Shown here piece after piece: positions 1 through 13,639 of a stretch of DNA of 64,000 nt. Source of the stretch: Octopus vulgaris (Eukaryota); NCBI GenBank assembly GCA_951406725.2, contig OX597831.1:26474001-26538000 (forward strand). Direction: 5' to 3'. The position numbers were made by a program, and so were the translations under genes. The notes under the pieces were generated by a model. That model saw nothing but the letters and a program-made list of their open reading frames with translations. It was not told where the DNA came from and made no database searches. Numbering within the stretch: position 1 is the first letter of the stretch; every line of letters begins with the position of its first letter.

Positions 1-325
1 AGAAGAGGCTTACTCTGAAGGATATTAAATGCCAAATTGATATGCCCTGTAGTTTTCTTTTTAAGCACCAGTCTCAATACTTTTTCATCAGATCTCGTAT
101 AAACCATGCTGAATGATAGCTACAAATGGTGACTTTTTTTTTTATTATATTTCCTGTTTAACAAGCCATCTGATAGCTCTGTATTTTTGAAGTGCACTGG
201 AATAAGAGAAAATCCCTTACTTGAAAACAGGTGAGGATTACAGACTGTAAGAACATCTGATCATAAAAATCCTTCCTCGTTTATAGCCTCCATGTAAGCC
301 ATGCTAGCATGAGAAAGCAATTGTA

Positions 326-838
326 CTGTGTAACATGATTTTCATCTATGGGTACCAACTGTTATTTCCTTTTTGCTTACTCCGAGAACATATGAAAAAT
401 GGTTAATATTTCCTTCAAACTTAGTTTTAGCTACATTTATTCAAACCCCAAAGATCCCTCTCAACTACTTCAACTCCAATGCTCAACCAGTTCTTATTTT
501 ATCAACCTCAAAAGGATTAAAGGTAATGTAGACCTTGGCAGAATTTGAACTCAGGAACTAAAGAACCAGAAGAAGCGCTGCTAAGCATTTTGACCAGCAC
601 ACTAATGATTCTACCAGCTCACCACCTTTCAATTATTACACTCTGTAACATGGTTTTTGTCCTTAAGTAGCAGCTGTTATTTTCTATTTGCTTACCCCTT
701 GAACATATGAAAAATACTTCAAATTTTGCTTTCGTTTAATTTATTCAAACCCCAAAGAATCCCTCTCAACACATGGCTCTGATGTTCCCCCACCACTCCT
801 GCTTATGATCAGAGATGCACATATTGTCAGCCACTAAA
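326..838 (-). mobile_element. Two diverged fragments of repeat family E (same family as 43414-43960) flanking a degenerate family-B SINE (about 480-630)
   Basis: ttattcaaaccccaaaga(a)tccctctcaac occurs at about 437 and 741 and is the reverse complement of 43650-43681; gaatttgaactcag at 541 is the family-B B-box region. Confidence 0.6.
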
Positions 839-839
839 G

Positions 840-1087
840 CAGGGGTGGCGTAGCATGTAAAAATTTCAAAAGAAAAAGATCCACAGGTGGATCACAAATT
901 CTAACACTTACATAGGCACAGGAGTGGCTGTGTGGTAAGTAACTTGCTTACCAACCACATGGTTCTGGGTTTAGCCCCAGTGCATGGCAACTTGGGCAAG
1001 TGTCTTCTACTAGCCTCGGGCTAACCAAAGCCTTGTGAGTGGATTTGGTAGATGGAAATTGAAAGACGCCCGTTGTATATATGTATG

Positions 1088-1130
<43 letters not shown>

Positions 1131-1786
1131 ATATCTTTGTGTGTCTGTGTTTGTCTCCCCCAACATCGCTTGACAACCGATGCTGGTGTGTTTACGTGCC
1201 TGTAACTTAGCGGTTCGGCAAAAGAGACCGATAGAATAAGTACTAGGCTGACAAAGAATAAGTCCTGGGGTCAATTTGCTCAGCTAAAGGCGGTGCTCCA
1301 GCATGGCCGCATTCAAATGACTGAAACAAGTAAAAGAGTATATCTGTGTAGGTCTTGTTTATATCTATGTATAATTCAATATACATAAATAAAGATAAGT
1401 TTAACACATTAAATTAATGCATAACATATTCATTAATACCACCACTGAATTTAAGATATTTATATTATTTATGAGGTATTCAATATTTTTCAGCTAGAGT
1501 GTAGCTGGGTCTCAAGGGGATAGTACAAACCTAGTAATATATGATTTATAGCGCAAACAAAATTTCCATTCAAATAGCAATTACCGGATGATTTTCTGTT
1601 CGAGTTAAAACATTCTAAGTTGTAGTGGAAACGTGACCTGTGTTGCAAATAGGCATACGAATATTGTATAAATTTCATAATCGAAAATTTACTATATTTT
1701 GTGCATATAAGTATATCAGCCTGAGGCGAAATGAAATGGGTTTGCAGGCGCAATTGCACCTATGGGCTAGGGTTTCCTCACCTCTG
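840..1786. mobile_element. Probable non-autonomous hAT-like DNA transposon remnant interrupted by a SINE
   Basis: Starts caggggtggcg and ends ggtttcctcacctctg, resembling hAT/Charlie termini. The flanking 8-mers match only 5/8. Confidence 0.4.
914..1340 (+). mobile_element. tRNA-derived SINE, family A, full length
   Basis: A-box-like tggctgtgtgg, B-box-like ggtttagccc, CORE-like cttgggcaagt, central (TA)n(TG)n and tail gactgaaacaagtaaaagag; about 20 homologous copies in the window. Confidence 0.9.
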
Positions 1787-1788
1787 CA

Positions 1789-1841
<53 letters not shown>

Positions 1842-3451
1842 TATACATGCATATATAGGTAAAGGATGTCACCAACAGTGCAAATAACATGAACTATGTA
1901 AACAAATGAGGGAAATATATATATAATGCTATAGAAAGCAACTTGAGTGGGCCAATAGTATACATACACATTAAGATGAGTTATTGCTTTGCTGGGTGAT
2001 GTATGCAAAAAATTCTCAATGTACAATGCTTCAGAAGTACATTTCAGAACAAAGTTTAAACCCATTTTATTCATGGTTCTAAATATTTCATTTCATGTTA
2101 CAAATATATCTGGGAAAGCATGAACCTCTCACAACTTGTATTTTCTCCTTTCCTAACGAACTTTGGGATTTATGCTCAGCTGGAGAAGATATTAGGAATC
2201 TCTCCAGTGACACAACACTCAGAGAAAGCTATATTCGAAAACCTATATTCTTGGAATCATTCAATCTACTCTAACATACACACGAAGTCAAAAAAGTTAG
2301 TTTTACTTGAACATTCTATGGTATTCAAGAATAGAATAAAACAAAAACCAATAAAAAGTGCCAAACTAAGTTTCTCTGCCTAACTTCTCAGTCTTTTGAA
2401 ATAATCTTTACAGCTTTCTTGCATCTTGCTCCTTCTCATCCTTCTCCTCCTCCTCCTCTAGATTAATAATTAAAGTTTGAAAGTAACAATTTAATTACTG
2501 TACCCATAAAGCCTCGGTTTTAGACCAATTTCATCAACCAGAATATTGTCGAATGTTCAATTTAATCAGAGGACAATCTAATATAATTTAATCTCCGGCT
2601 GACAAGTCGTTCTCAGCAAATTACCAAAGACAGCATCAAATTCAATAAAATGATGGTTTCACAAACAAAAGAATCATATGTAATTTGTTGGTTCCACAAA
2701 GTAAAGCACAATTATAATACTAATTTGGTAAGCCAAACATTTGTGTGATATTAATACTCATCTTTTTCTGGCAGTTCTTGCATTCAATCTGTCATGCTTC
2801 GTCACAAAAAAGGAGGGAAGAAATAAGGTAGGAATACCTTAGGGACTTTTGAATATACGATACTAATATGAGAGTAAGCCATCTAATACAACATACAGCC
2901 AGTATTTAGATAACTTTGCTGCTGAATAGCCTCTGAGTTTCAGGCAGTTGTAATTCTTTTTCTGGTTCTGATAGCATTACAGTTTGCCAGCCCATATGCA
3001 GGATGATTTTACTAGACACCACTTGTGAGGATGGCCATTGGCTTGTAATGAGCTCACCCATCCTTTGACAGAGTGTCCACAACACTCTGCTCACCCGGCA
3101 AGCCAGGTGGAGGAGCCAGTTTAGTTGTTGATCATCCAACCATAAGAGAGGCAGTATGGGGTTACATGGTACAAGTAGAAGGATTTTCGTGACCTGACCT
3201 AAAATGTGTGTGTGTGTGTGTGTGTGTAGGTGTGTGTGTGTGTGTAGGTGTGTGTGCGTGTGTGTGTGTATGTAGGTGTGTGTGTGTGTGTGTGTGTAGG
3301 TGTGTGTGTGAATGTGCATGAGGGAGAGAGATAAAGGAAATAGGGATGAAGTAAATCCAGGTGTATACCTAATTAAGCACTCCATGGAAATAGAACCTAG
3401 TGAACTAAATTCTCCAGTTAGTACTATGGCAATTTGTGTATATAACTATAT

Positions 3452-3668
3452 TAAACCCTTTAGCACTCAGCTTATTCTGTCAAATGTATTGCTTATTTAT
3501 TCACAATAATGCATTATCTCATAGCTTCAAAATTTCAATGATGTGGTTGTTTCTTTCTAGAAAGACATTGTAGGGTGGGTGTGAGAGGTCAGATATGGCT
3601 TGTTTGAGCATAGAATGGGTAGAATACCTTTGTTGGATATGGCTAGTTTAAATGCAAATGGCTTGACT
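3452..3668 (-). mobile_element. piggyBac-like MITE (family D)
   Basis: Begins ttaaaccctttagc; reverse-complement homologue of 8390-8615, 8612-9072 and 18849-19390. Confidence 0.65.
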
Positions 3669-4574
3669 TGTTTTTTGTTTTTAATTGAGGAACTATGAGT
3701 ATATTTGTAAAGAGAGATCGATAAAAACAAACTGAGAGACAAATAGTAAGTCAGCAAATAAATAATGGCATAAATAGAAAATGGATAAGATTTAATGTGA
3801 GGAAATTTTTGATAGTCTGCAATAGGCAAAATATAGGTATACATCGAAAAAAAAAACATTTTTATGGTTGTTTGTTAAGGTATAATAACATTTTCTTTTA
3901 GTAATATATATATATATATATATATATATCATCATTTAATATCTGCTTTCCATGATGGCATGGGTCACACACACGACAGACCTCTCTTTCAGCTTCTGTG
4001 ACTAGGCTTTGATTGACCCAAAGCCAGAACAGAAAACACCCGCCCATGGTGCCACACAGTGGAACTGAACCAAAAAACATGTGGTTGGAAAACAAGCTTC
4101 TTTCCACACAGCCATACCTGTGTCTATAATTATTAGTAATTTTTTTAAAAATTTCCTTCCATAAAGAGGGGATAAAAGCAATATGAACATCAATGTGAAC
4201 TGAGGCCAGTTAAATACCAGGACTATACAATAAAGCATCCAACCTGATGCTGTCTTTCTCTCCTTCTGTTTTAATATCTCAAACACTTCAAATTCCACCA
4301 TGACAAACTCACATTAACAGATCATTCCTAACAACCTTCTAGCGGGGAAAAGGAAAATAACAGCAAAGTGAAACATGACATAAAATGAACAATTAAATGT
4401 GTCAAATAGAGGAGATAAAGCAAAGGGACTGGAGTGAGAATTGGAGAGGTGATAGGTTTTGTTGTTGGTGCCTTAACGCTGATGATTGCACAACAAATGT
4501 TGAGGTAGTGTAACAACCTTAACTAATAGCCATCTTAATGTTGCAGTCAAACTGGTTAGTTGCAGCTTTTCGGT

Positions 4575-4745
4575 TTATACATATATATACATTCATGTTT
4601 AGATAGATAGATAGACATACATACATACATTCATATATATATATATATATATATAAATATAAATGTATATATATATATATATATACAAACACACACACAC
4701 ATATACACACGCATGCACACACACACACATATATATGTATATATG

Positions 4746-4779
<34 letters not shown>

Positions 4780-4780
4780 A

Positions 4781-4834
<54 letters not shown>

Positions 4835-4900
4835 TCATACAAACAAACAGACACACTCTTAAAACAAAAATACAGACATTCTTATATATATATATACATC

Positions 4901-4934
<34 letters not shown>

Positions 4935-5530
4935 ATACACACACAACACACATCTCAAGACCACATGCACACACACACAAATACACGCCAATCATCTCTC
5001 TGCACACAGCCACACACACGCACATCTATGCACACAAATACACATACATTAGTTTCATAGATTTAGTTCCTGTTTCCCAGTCTGAAATTATCAATAAATC
5101 TATGATATATTGCCATAGTAAAACAAACAACAACAAAAACTAAACATTTACTATTGACTTCTCTTTTAATCCTCACAGGTATTACTAATAACTTTAGCCT
5201 GGAAATAAGCTGGGGGAATACGGAGCACCTAACCTGTATGAATAGATCAAGTGTTCATTAACACCCACTCCCGCATATATGTGTGTATGTCTGTTTGTTT
5301 GAATGAGTGTATATGTATATATATATGTGTTTGTATATATGTGTGTGTGCATGTGTGTATATCTGTGTGTTTGTATATATGTATATACATATATTTATGT
5401 ATGTAGGTACGTATATATCTATACGTGTATATATATGCATGTATATATATATATACATTTATATATATATATAAATATATATATGCACACACACATATTT
5501 ATACATCTATTTACACACACATATATAGAA

Positions 5531-5562
<32 letters not shown>

Positions 5563-5806
5563 GCACATATACATAGATACATACATACAAATATACATAT
5601 AAGTACACACACACAAATATATATATATTTATATATATAAATACACATATACATAGATACAAACATACATATATAAATACACATGCACACATATATACAT
5701 CATACCCATATATATATATAAATATATATACATGTGTATGATGCACACATCTACCTCATATACGTGTATATATATATACACACACACATATATATAAATA
5801 CATGCC

Positions 5807-5870
<64 letters not shown>

Positions 5871-6000
5871 TATGTACATATACATATACGCATACATACG
5901 TACATATGCATAAATACAAATACCTACATACATATATATAACAATGATTAATTATATGTATATATATATATATGAATACATACACATATGTTTATAAACT
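4575..6000. repeat. Compound (TA)n/(CA)n/(TG)n microsatellite field
   Basis: Directly visible; explains the YIYI/HTHT ORFs. Confidence 0.95.
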
Positions 6001-6117
6001 CACATAGTTTGTAAAATACAATCAACATTCTCATATTTTATTCTCTTTTGTTTCACCTCTAGATAATAGTGCTGTAAATTATAGAGACAAACTTACAGAA
6101 CAGATGGAATTGTGGGT

Positions 6118-6153
<36 letters not shown>

Positions 6154-6494
6154 AAAAGAAAAAGAAAAAAACAAATAAGAATAAAAGAAAACAAAAATGA
6201 AAAAATTAGAGACAGGGAAAAAAAAAGAAAAATAATAGAAACCAGAAGAAAAATAGAATACGGAAAGATCAGAGAGGTGTGAGACATAAAAAGGAAAGTG
6301 AAAATGGAGAGGAAACAGAATTGGAATAGAACTAAAAGAAAGATGTTAGAGGAAGAGAAGGAAAAAAAAAGGAAGGAAGGAAGGAAGGAAAGAAGTAAAA
6401 AGTACAAGAAAGAGAAAAGAGATTATAATTATGTGCTAATAAATGTAAAGATGTGTTGATAAATAAAAAGATATGCAGATCGTGAGACAAAGAT

Positions 6495-6923
<429 letters not shown>

Positions 6924-7214
6924 GAATGGAGTGGAAAATTGAGACGGAAAGATGGAATGGAAGCACTAAAGAAATTTGTTAGGATGAAATAAATTACTAA
7001 AGAGAGAGAGAGAGAGAGAGAGTAAGGATGGTAGAGGAGCGATAGAGAATGTCTATACAACTACTAAGATAAATATACAAAGGTGTGAGGAAACTACAGA
7101 TGGGCTTCTGTCTCAACAAAAACCAGTTCAATTAAGTACATGGAACAGAGCAAGTTCTTGTAAGTTCTTGAGTCGTACAAGAGAGGATTCAGAAATTTTA
7201 AACTTTTCATGCAA

Positions 7215-7465
7215 GGATGACACATAAAAAGCACCAACCGATCATGGCCATCTGCCAGCCTCCTCTGGCCCCTATGCCGGTGGCATGTAAAAAGCACCCA
7301 CTACACTCATGGAGTGGTTGCCATTAGGAAGGGCATCTAGCTGTAGAAACACTGCCAGATCAGACTGGAGCCTGGTGCAGCCTCCTGGCTTCCCAGACCC
7401 CGGTTGAACCAACAAACCCATGCTAGCATGGAAAACGGACGTTAAACGATGAAGATGAGGATGAT
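7215..7465 (+). mobile_element. 3' end of RTE LINE (family C tail)
   Basis: tgccggtggcatgtaaaaagcaccc...ggaagggcatctagc...catgctagcatggaaaacggacgttaaac(gat)n; the same tail is contiguous with RT-coding sequence at 56148-57940. Confidence 0.85.
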
Positions 7466-7523
7466 GGTGTTAGTAATGTATTGGCCCTGGTTAAAAGACT
7501 TAGAAATACTCTTGAAATACTAT

Positions 7524-7910
7524 AGGTGCAGGTGTGGCTGTGTGGTAAGATGTTTGCTCCCCAACCACATGATTCTGGGTTCAGTTCCACTGCTTGGCAC
7601 CTTCAGCAAAATGTCTTCTACTATAGCCTCGGGCTGACCCAAGCCTCGTAAGTGGATTTAGCATATATGTGTGTGTGTGTGTGTGTGTATGTACGTGGTG
7701 TGTGTGTGTTGGTGTTTGTCCCCTATCACAGCTTGACAACTCCTGTTAGTGCATTTCCATTTCTGTAACTTAGCAGTTTGGCAAAAGAGACCAATAGAAT
7801 AAGTACCAGGCTTAAAAAAAAAAGCATTGAGAACAATTCATTTTGTTAAAATGTCTTCAAAGTTGTACCCCAGCATGGCCATAGTCTAATGACTAAAACA
7901 AATAAAAGAC
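7524..7910 (+). mobile_element. SINE family A, diverged
   Basis: Same head, microsatellite and tail organisation as 914-1340. Confidence 0.85.
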
Positions 7911-8389
7911 TCTTCTGGCAATGGTAAGATGATTTTATCTAGAAAACTGATTGGCTTTATTAGCTGCCATGATTGATCAAAGTCAGCAATTGTTTCCAGA
8001 TAGGTTACAATATAATGCTCTTGATTAACAGTTTACAAAAGAAAATTGACTAAATTAGCAGGTCTTATAATGAGAAAATCAATGAAAGTATCTTCAGTAG
8101 AGAGGTTTACAAGGAGTGGCTTACAACACAGATTTATAATAACTGTAAATGAGCCAAAGAGGGAGGCCCCCTACAGGGTTGAGCCAGCTGCTAGAAACAG
8201 AAGCCCAAGCTAAATCTTCTTCGAATCATTACCCAGGCAGTGCAGAAAATTTTCGAGATCAGGGCTGAACTGAGAATAAATAACATAAATGTACACTGGT
8301 TTGGAGATAATGGAGGATAACATAGCTGGATATCTAAAGCCATTCATTCATTTTGTTTAACATATTTTTCCATGCTTGCATAACTTAAT

Positions 8390-9072
8390 GATTTAGCATT
8401 TAATCCACCCATATGCAACCCAAATATTCGACATGTTCTATGTTCAAACCACCCAGATCTAGCCTCTCACTCCAACTCTACAATGTTATTCTAAGAATAG
8501 ACCATCATATTATCTAAACCTCAAAGCTACAAGATAATGCATGATTAATTCAAAACGATGAGAATAAATAAACATTGCATTTCACAGAGTCATCCGAAGT
8601 CTAGAGGGAGGGTTAAGCTGGCCATATGCTGCCCAAATACTCAGCAAGTTTTATGTATAAACCAACTATATCTGGCTTCTCACTCCTACCCAGCAATGTT
8701 GATCTTAAGGCGGTGAGCTGGCAGAAACGTTAGCATGCCGGGTGAAATGCTTAGCAGTATTTCGTCTGCTGCTATGTTCTGAGTCCAAATTCCGCTGAGG
8801 TCGACTTTGCCTTTCATCTTTTTGGGGTCGATAAATTAAGTTCCAGTTACGCACTGGAGTTGATATAATCGACTTAATCCGTTTGTCTGTCCTTGTTTGT
8901 CCCCTCTGTGTGTAGCCCCTTGTGGGCAATAAAGAAATAAGAAACAATGTTGATCTAAAAATAGACTGTCTTCAAAACCTCAAAGCTGTGAGATAATACA
9001 TGATTAATTCAAAACCATGTGCATAAATAAGCATTACATTTGACAGAGAAATTTGAAGGCTAAAAGAGTTAA
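8390..9072 (+). mobile_element. Two adjacent piggyBac-like MITEs (family D), the second interrupted by a SINE
   Basis: ctcaaagct...agataat.catgattaattcaaaac is repeated; ends gaggttaa and gctaaaagagttaa (TTAA). Confidence 0.6.
8707..8945 (+). mobile_element. tRNA-derived SINE, family B (Meta-domain-like), full length with TSD
   Basis: Head ggcggtgagctggcagaa, B-box-like gagtccaaattcc, central gcctttcatcttttggggtcgataaattaagt, tail aaagaaataagaaa; TSD caatgttgatct on both sides. Confidence 0.9.
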
Positions 9073-9282
9073 ATAGGCAGGATTTTCAACAGATGAATAC
9101 TCTTCCTGTTACCCTTTATTGTCTGCTTTTCTTCTTTTTTTTTCAAGATAAAAACTAAGGTATTTGTTAATCCAGAAGAATTTAAAAGCAATGCTAGTGG
9201 AAAACATTAAGAATCTTCACTGGTTGCAGTCCATTCACAAATGGTGATATAAGTGAGCTGCAACCATCTGCACCCGTAGTTC

Positions 9283-9705
9283 AGTGCAAGTGGTTGTGTG
9301 GTAAGTAGCTTGCTTACCAACCACATGGTTCCAGGTTCAGTCCCACTGCATGGCACCTTGGGCAAGTGTCTTCTACTATAATAGCCTTGGGCCAACTAAA
9401 GCCTTGTGAGTGGATTTGGTAGACGGAAACTGAAAGAAGTCCGTCGTATATATGCATGTATATATTATATTTATATATGTACATGTGTGTATGTGTTTGT
9501 GTGTCTGTGTTTGTGCCCCCCAACATCACTTGACAACTGAAGCTGGTGTGTTTACGTCCCCATAATTTAGAGGTTCGGCATAAGAGACCGATAGAATAAG
9601 TACTAGGCTTACAAAGAATAAGTCCTGGGGTCGATTTGCTCGACTAAAGGTGGTGCTCCAGCATGGCCACAGCAACATGACTGAAACAAGTAAAGAGTAA
9701 AGAGT
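9283..9705 (+). mobile_element. SINE family A
   Basis: Near full-length match to other family-A copies. Confidence 0.9.
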
Positions 9706-9809
9706 ATAGATGTATCTGGAATAGGAACACATTGTTAAACAATGGTTGGTTAAGTCAAAGATAAAAGCAATAACTTAAATTTTTAAAAATACATTTTGTT
9801 GAAATGAAT

Positions 9810-10450
9810 GGTTTCAAATTTTGGCACCGGGCCAGCAACCTCAGGGGAGGAGGAAAGTCAGTTACATTGATGCCAGTGCTCAAATGGTAATTATTTTATC
9901 AATCCCGAAAGGACGAAAGGCAAAGTCAGCCTTGGCAGAATTTGAACTCAGAACATAAAGATGGACGAAAAGCCACTAAACATTTTGCCTGGCATACTCT
10001 TTTACTTGTTTCAGTCATTTGACTGTAGCCATGCTGGAGCACCGCCTTTAGTCGAACAAATCGACCCCAGGACTTATTCTTTGTAAGCCTAGTACTTATT
10101 CTATCGGTCTCTTTTGCCAAACCGCTAAGTTACGGGAATGTAAACACACCAGCATCAGTTGTCAAGCAAATAAATTTAGGGTGACAAACACAGAAAACAT
10201 ATACACACACACACACACATATATATATATACACATATATATATATACACATATATATGACGGGCTCCTTTCAGTTTCCGTCTACCAAATCCACTCACAA
10301 GGCTTTAGTCGGCCCGAGGCTGTAGTAGAAGACACTTGCCCAAGGTGCCACGCAGTAGAACTGAATCCGGAACCATGTGGTTGGTAAGCAAGCTACTTAC
10401 CACACAGCCACTCCTATGCATGCTAACGATTCTGCCAGCTGGCTGCCTTA
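9810..10450 (-). mobile_element. SINE family A (9996-10415, minus) nested in a family-B-type SINE (minus)
   Basis: The B sequence stops at cctggcatact and resumes at gcatgctaacgattctgccagct; gcat(a/g)ct is duplicated. Confidence 0.85.
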
Positions 10451-10727
10451 TTTTTGTTTGAGTAAACATGGCTAGAGGAGGAATGATTTGATTATTCACA
10501 GAAACGGTGATAAATCTGAACATGTTTTGCACTTGTTGATAGTTGATTCTCAGTGAAAACGAAGAAAGAGTCATTTACAATGTCTGTTAAATCAATGTAC
10601 AAACAAAAGACCATTCACACACACACATTATTTATAATGTACTTTGAATGCATGATACATTATAACTACACCACATTACACTCATATACTCCAATACTGC
10701 ACAATTAAACAAGCATAATATTGAGCA

Positions 10728-11072
10728 CTAGTTGGCCCCGTGCCGTCAAAAATGATGGCTAATTGTAGTATTTTATATATAAAAAATATGACTGGTAAAT
10801 CAAATTGATACACTTGTCAATATTATCTAGTGGTTGTCTTTTGAGATGTGACATCGATCATCTTTTTTAACTGAAAGAACACACATTCACACATACATTC
10901 ACATACTTCCTTTGTACATGCACACACAAACACATATATACTCACACAGAGTTGAAACACTCCCACCACCAGTTTGCCATCACCTACTTCCTTCCTTAGT
11001 CATCTATCACCCGCTTCCTTTCTCATTCATATGTTGTGACAGAGAAAAACACAAGAGTATTATTATAGTAGA
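10728..11072 (-). mobile_element. Non-autonomous Helitron
   Basis: On the minus strand: A|TCtactataataatac start, subterminal hairpin gccatca-tttt-tgacggc, and CTAG|T end. Confidence 0.7.
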
Positions 11073-11267
11073 TAACTGAGATTAAGCAATATTGTAGGAG
11101 AACAGAGTCAAATATAATTGAAATATTGGTTTCAGATTTTGGCATAGCACCAGGAGGTTCATGAGAGGAAAGTTAATTATAGCATCCCCAGTGATCAACT
11201 GGTATCTATTTTAAAGCTGGAATTTGAACTAAGAACCTAAAGATGGACAAAATGCTATTAAGCATTA

Positions 11268-12318
11268 CAGGTGAGCTGGGAGAAATGTTAGCACACTGGA
11301 TGGAATGCTTTGTGGTATTCCGTCTGCCACTACGTTCTGAGTTCAAATTCCACCGAGGTCAACTTTGCCTATCGTCCTTTCGAGGTCAATTAAATAAGCA
11401 CCAGTTACGCACTGGGGATCAGTGTAATTGACTTAATCCGTTTGTCTGTCCTTGTTTGTCCCTTTTGTGTGTAGCCCCTTGTGGGCAATAAAGAAATAAG
11501 AAACGTTAGCATGCCCAGCGAAATTGCTTAGTGGTATTTCATCTGCCATTACGTTCTGAGTTCAAATTCCGCAAAGGTCGACTTTGCCTTTCATCGTTTC
11601 AGGGTCGATTAAATAAGTACCAGTTACGCACTGGGGATCATATAATCGACTAAATCCATTTGTCTGTCCTTGTTTGTCCCCTCTATGTGTAGCCAATTGT
11701 GGGCAGTAAAGAATTGAGAAACGTTAGCACGCTGGGCGAAATTGCTTAGCGGTATTTCATCTGCCGTTACGTTCTGAGTTCAAATTCTGCAAAAGTCGAC
11801 TTTGTCTTTCATCCTTTCGGGGTCGATTAAATAAGTACCAGTTACGCACTGGGGTCGATGTAATCGACATAATCCGTTTGTCTGTCCTTGTTTGTCCCCT
11901 CTGTGTATAGCCCCTTGTGGGATGTAAAAAAATAAGAAATGTTAGCACACCGGGCGAAATGCTTAGCGGTATTTCGTCTGCGTTATGTTGTGAGTTCAAA
12001 TTCTGCCGAGGTCGACTTTGCCTTTCATCCTTTCGGGGTCGATAAATTAAGTACCAGTTACGCACTGGGGTCGATGTAATCGACTTAATACCTATGTCTG
12101 TTCTTGTTTGTCCCCTCTGTGTTTAGCCCCTTGTGGGTAATAAAGAAATAGAAATAGGTATTTCGTCCGCCATTACGTTCTGAGTTCAAATTCCGCCAAG
12201 ATCGACTAAATAAGTACCAGTTATGCACTGGGGTTGATATAATCGACTTAATCCGTTTGTCTGTCCTTGTTTGTCCCCTCTGTGTGTAGCCCCTTGTGGG
12301 CAGTAAAGAAATAAGAAA
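11268..12318 (+). repeat. Head-to-tail array of five family-B SINE units
   Basis: agaaa(c/t)gttagc at 11281, 11499, 11717 and 11935 (period 218); the fifth unit from about 12150 carries deletions. Confidence 0.92.
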
Positions 12319-12629
12319 TGCCATTAAGCATTTTGCTCGGCATGGTATTAATTCCACCAGCTTGCAGCCTTAAATATAATTGAAATAATAACAGAAAACA
12401 TTATTGATATTTCAAATCTTTCACTGGTGCATTTGTTCGAATAATCTTATTCAATAATGTTGTTCCTAAAATCATACTGGTAGCTGAAATTACTGAAATG
12501 TAACAACATGTTCGGACATGATTTCTGGGAATATATTCAACAGAAGCTTTAGAGTTCTGCTGTTTATATTTTAATTACTTTTACTGATGAGGGGTATTAT
12601 AATTTAGATTTTACTAGTTTGTCACCAGA

Positions 12630-13247
12630 CTGATGCCATGCTGGGGCACCACCTTGAAGAATTTATGGTTGAGTAAATCGACTCCAGTGCTTTTATTCTC
12701 TTTTGTTAAGATTGGTACTTTTTCTATCAGTCTCTTTTGCTGAACCTTTAAGTTACGGGGATATAAACACACAAACACCAGTTGTTAAGCAGTGGCAGGA
12801 GACAAGCACAGACACAAAGACCTACTTACACACACACAAACACACACACACATATTATATATATAGGCGCAGGAGTGGCTAATGTGGTAAGTAGCTTGCT
12901 TACCAACCACATAGTTCTGGGTTCAGTCTCACTGTGTGGCACCTTGGGCAAGTGTCTTCTACTATAGCCTCGGGCTGATCAAAGCCTTGTGATGGATTTA
13001 GTAGACAGAAACTGAAAGAATCCCATTGTATATGTGTGTATATATGCAGCACGGATTTTTGTCAGTGAACAGGTCGTGGATTTTAGCGACGAAAATATTT
13101 TGACAAATTAAACTTAAATGTTGAAGTGAATCGAACGGCTTTTGTGTGTTTCTTAAATGGCTTATAAACACCTTCCACGCTGCAATTGTTTTCGTTTCAA
13201 CACACGATCTCAGATCAAATTACTTGCTATGCGAGTACATCTCCGTA

Positions 13248-13287
<40 letters not shown>

Positions 13288-13555
13288 ATGTTTGTGTGTC
13301 TGTGTTTGTTCCCCCAACATTGCTTGACAACCGATACTGGTGTGTTTACGTCCCCGTAACTTAGCAGTTCGGCAAGTGAGACCAATAGAATAAGTACTAG
13401 GCTTACAAAGAATAAGTCCTGGGGTCGATTTGCTCGACTAAAGGCGGTGCTCCAGCATGGCCGCAGTCAAATGACTGAAACAAATAAAAGAACATACATG
13501 AGAGGTTTCTTTCAGTTTCCATCTACGAAATCCACACAACCACATCTGTGCCTAT
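12630..13555. mobile_element. Nested family-A SINEs: plus copy (12866-13491) inside the microsatellite of a minus copy
   Basis: Minus 3' half at 12630-12860 and minus 5' remnant at 13495-13555 flank the plus copy. Confidence 0.8.
13047..13248. mobile_element. Probable TA-inserting DNA transposon fragment inside the SINE microsatellite
   Basis: About 200 bp of non-SINE sequence ending ctatgcgagtacatctccgtaa|ta that interrupts the (TA)n. Confidence 0.5.
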
Positions 13556-13639
13556 GAATAAAATATTATTGAATTGAATATACAAAGGATTCGAATTTGC
13601 AATAATTACTTCTTCTATATTTATTTAAATTATCTATAA

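Noticed and set aside
2906-3198. Open minus frame after tttag (GQVTKILLLVP...)
   Set aside because: The acceptor lacks a polypyrimidine tract and the peptide has no recognisable motif; more likely a retroelement relic.
5179-5260. Good-looking plus-strand splice acceptor (also 44954)
   Set aside because: No convincing donor or recognisable peptide; not supportable without RNA data.
11268-12318. Regularly spaced repeats as a CRISPR array (also 26770-27056)
   Set aside because: Whole units repeat with no unique spacers, there are no cas genes, and the context is eukaryotic SINE/LINE sequence.
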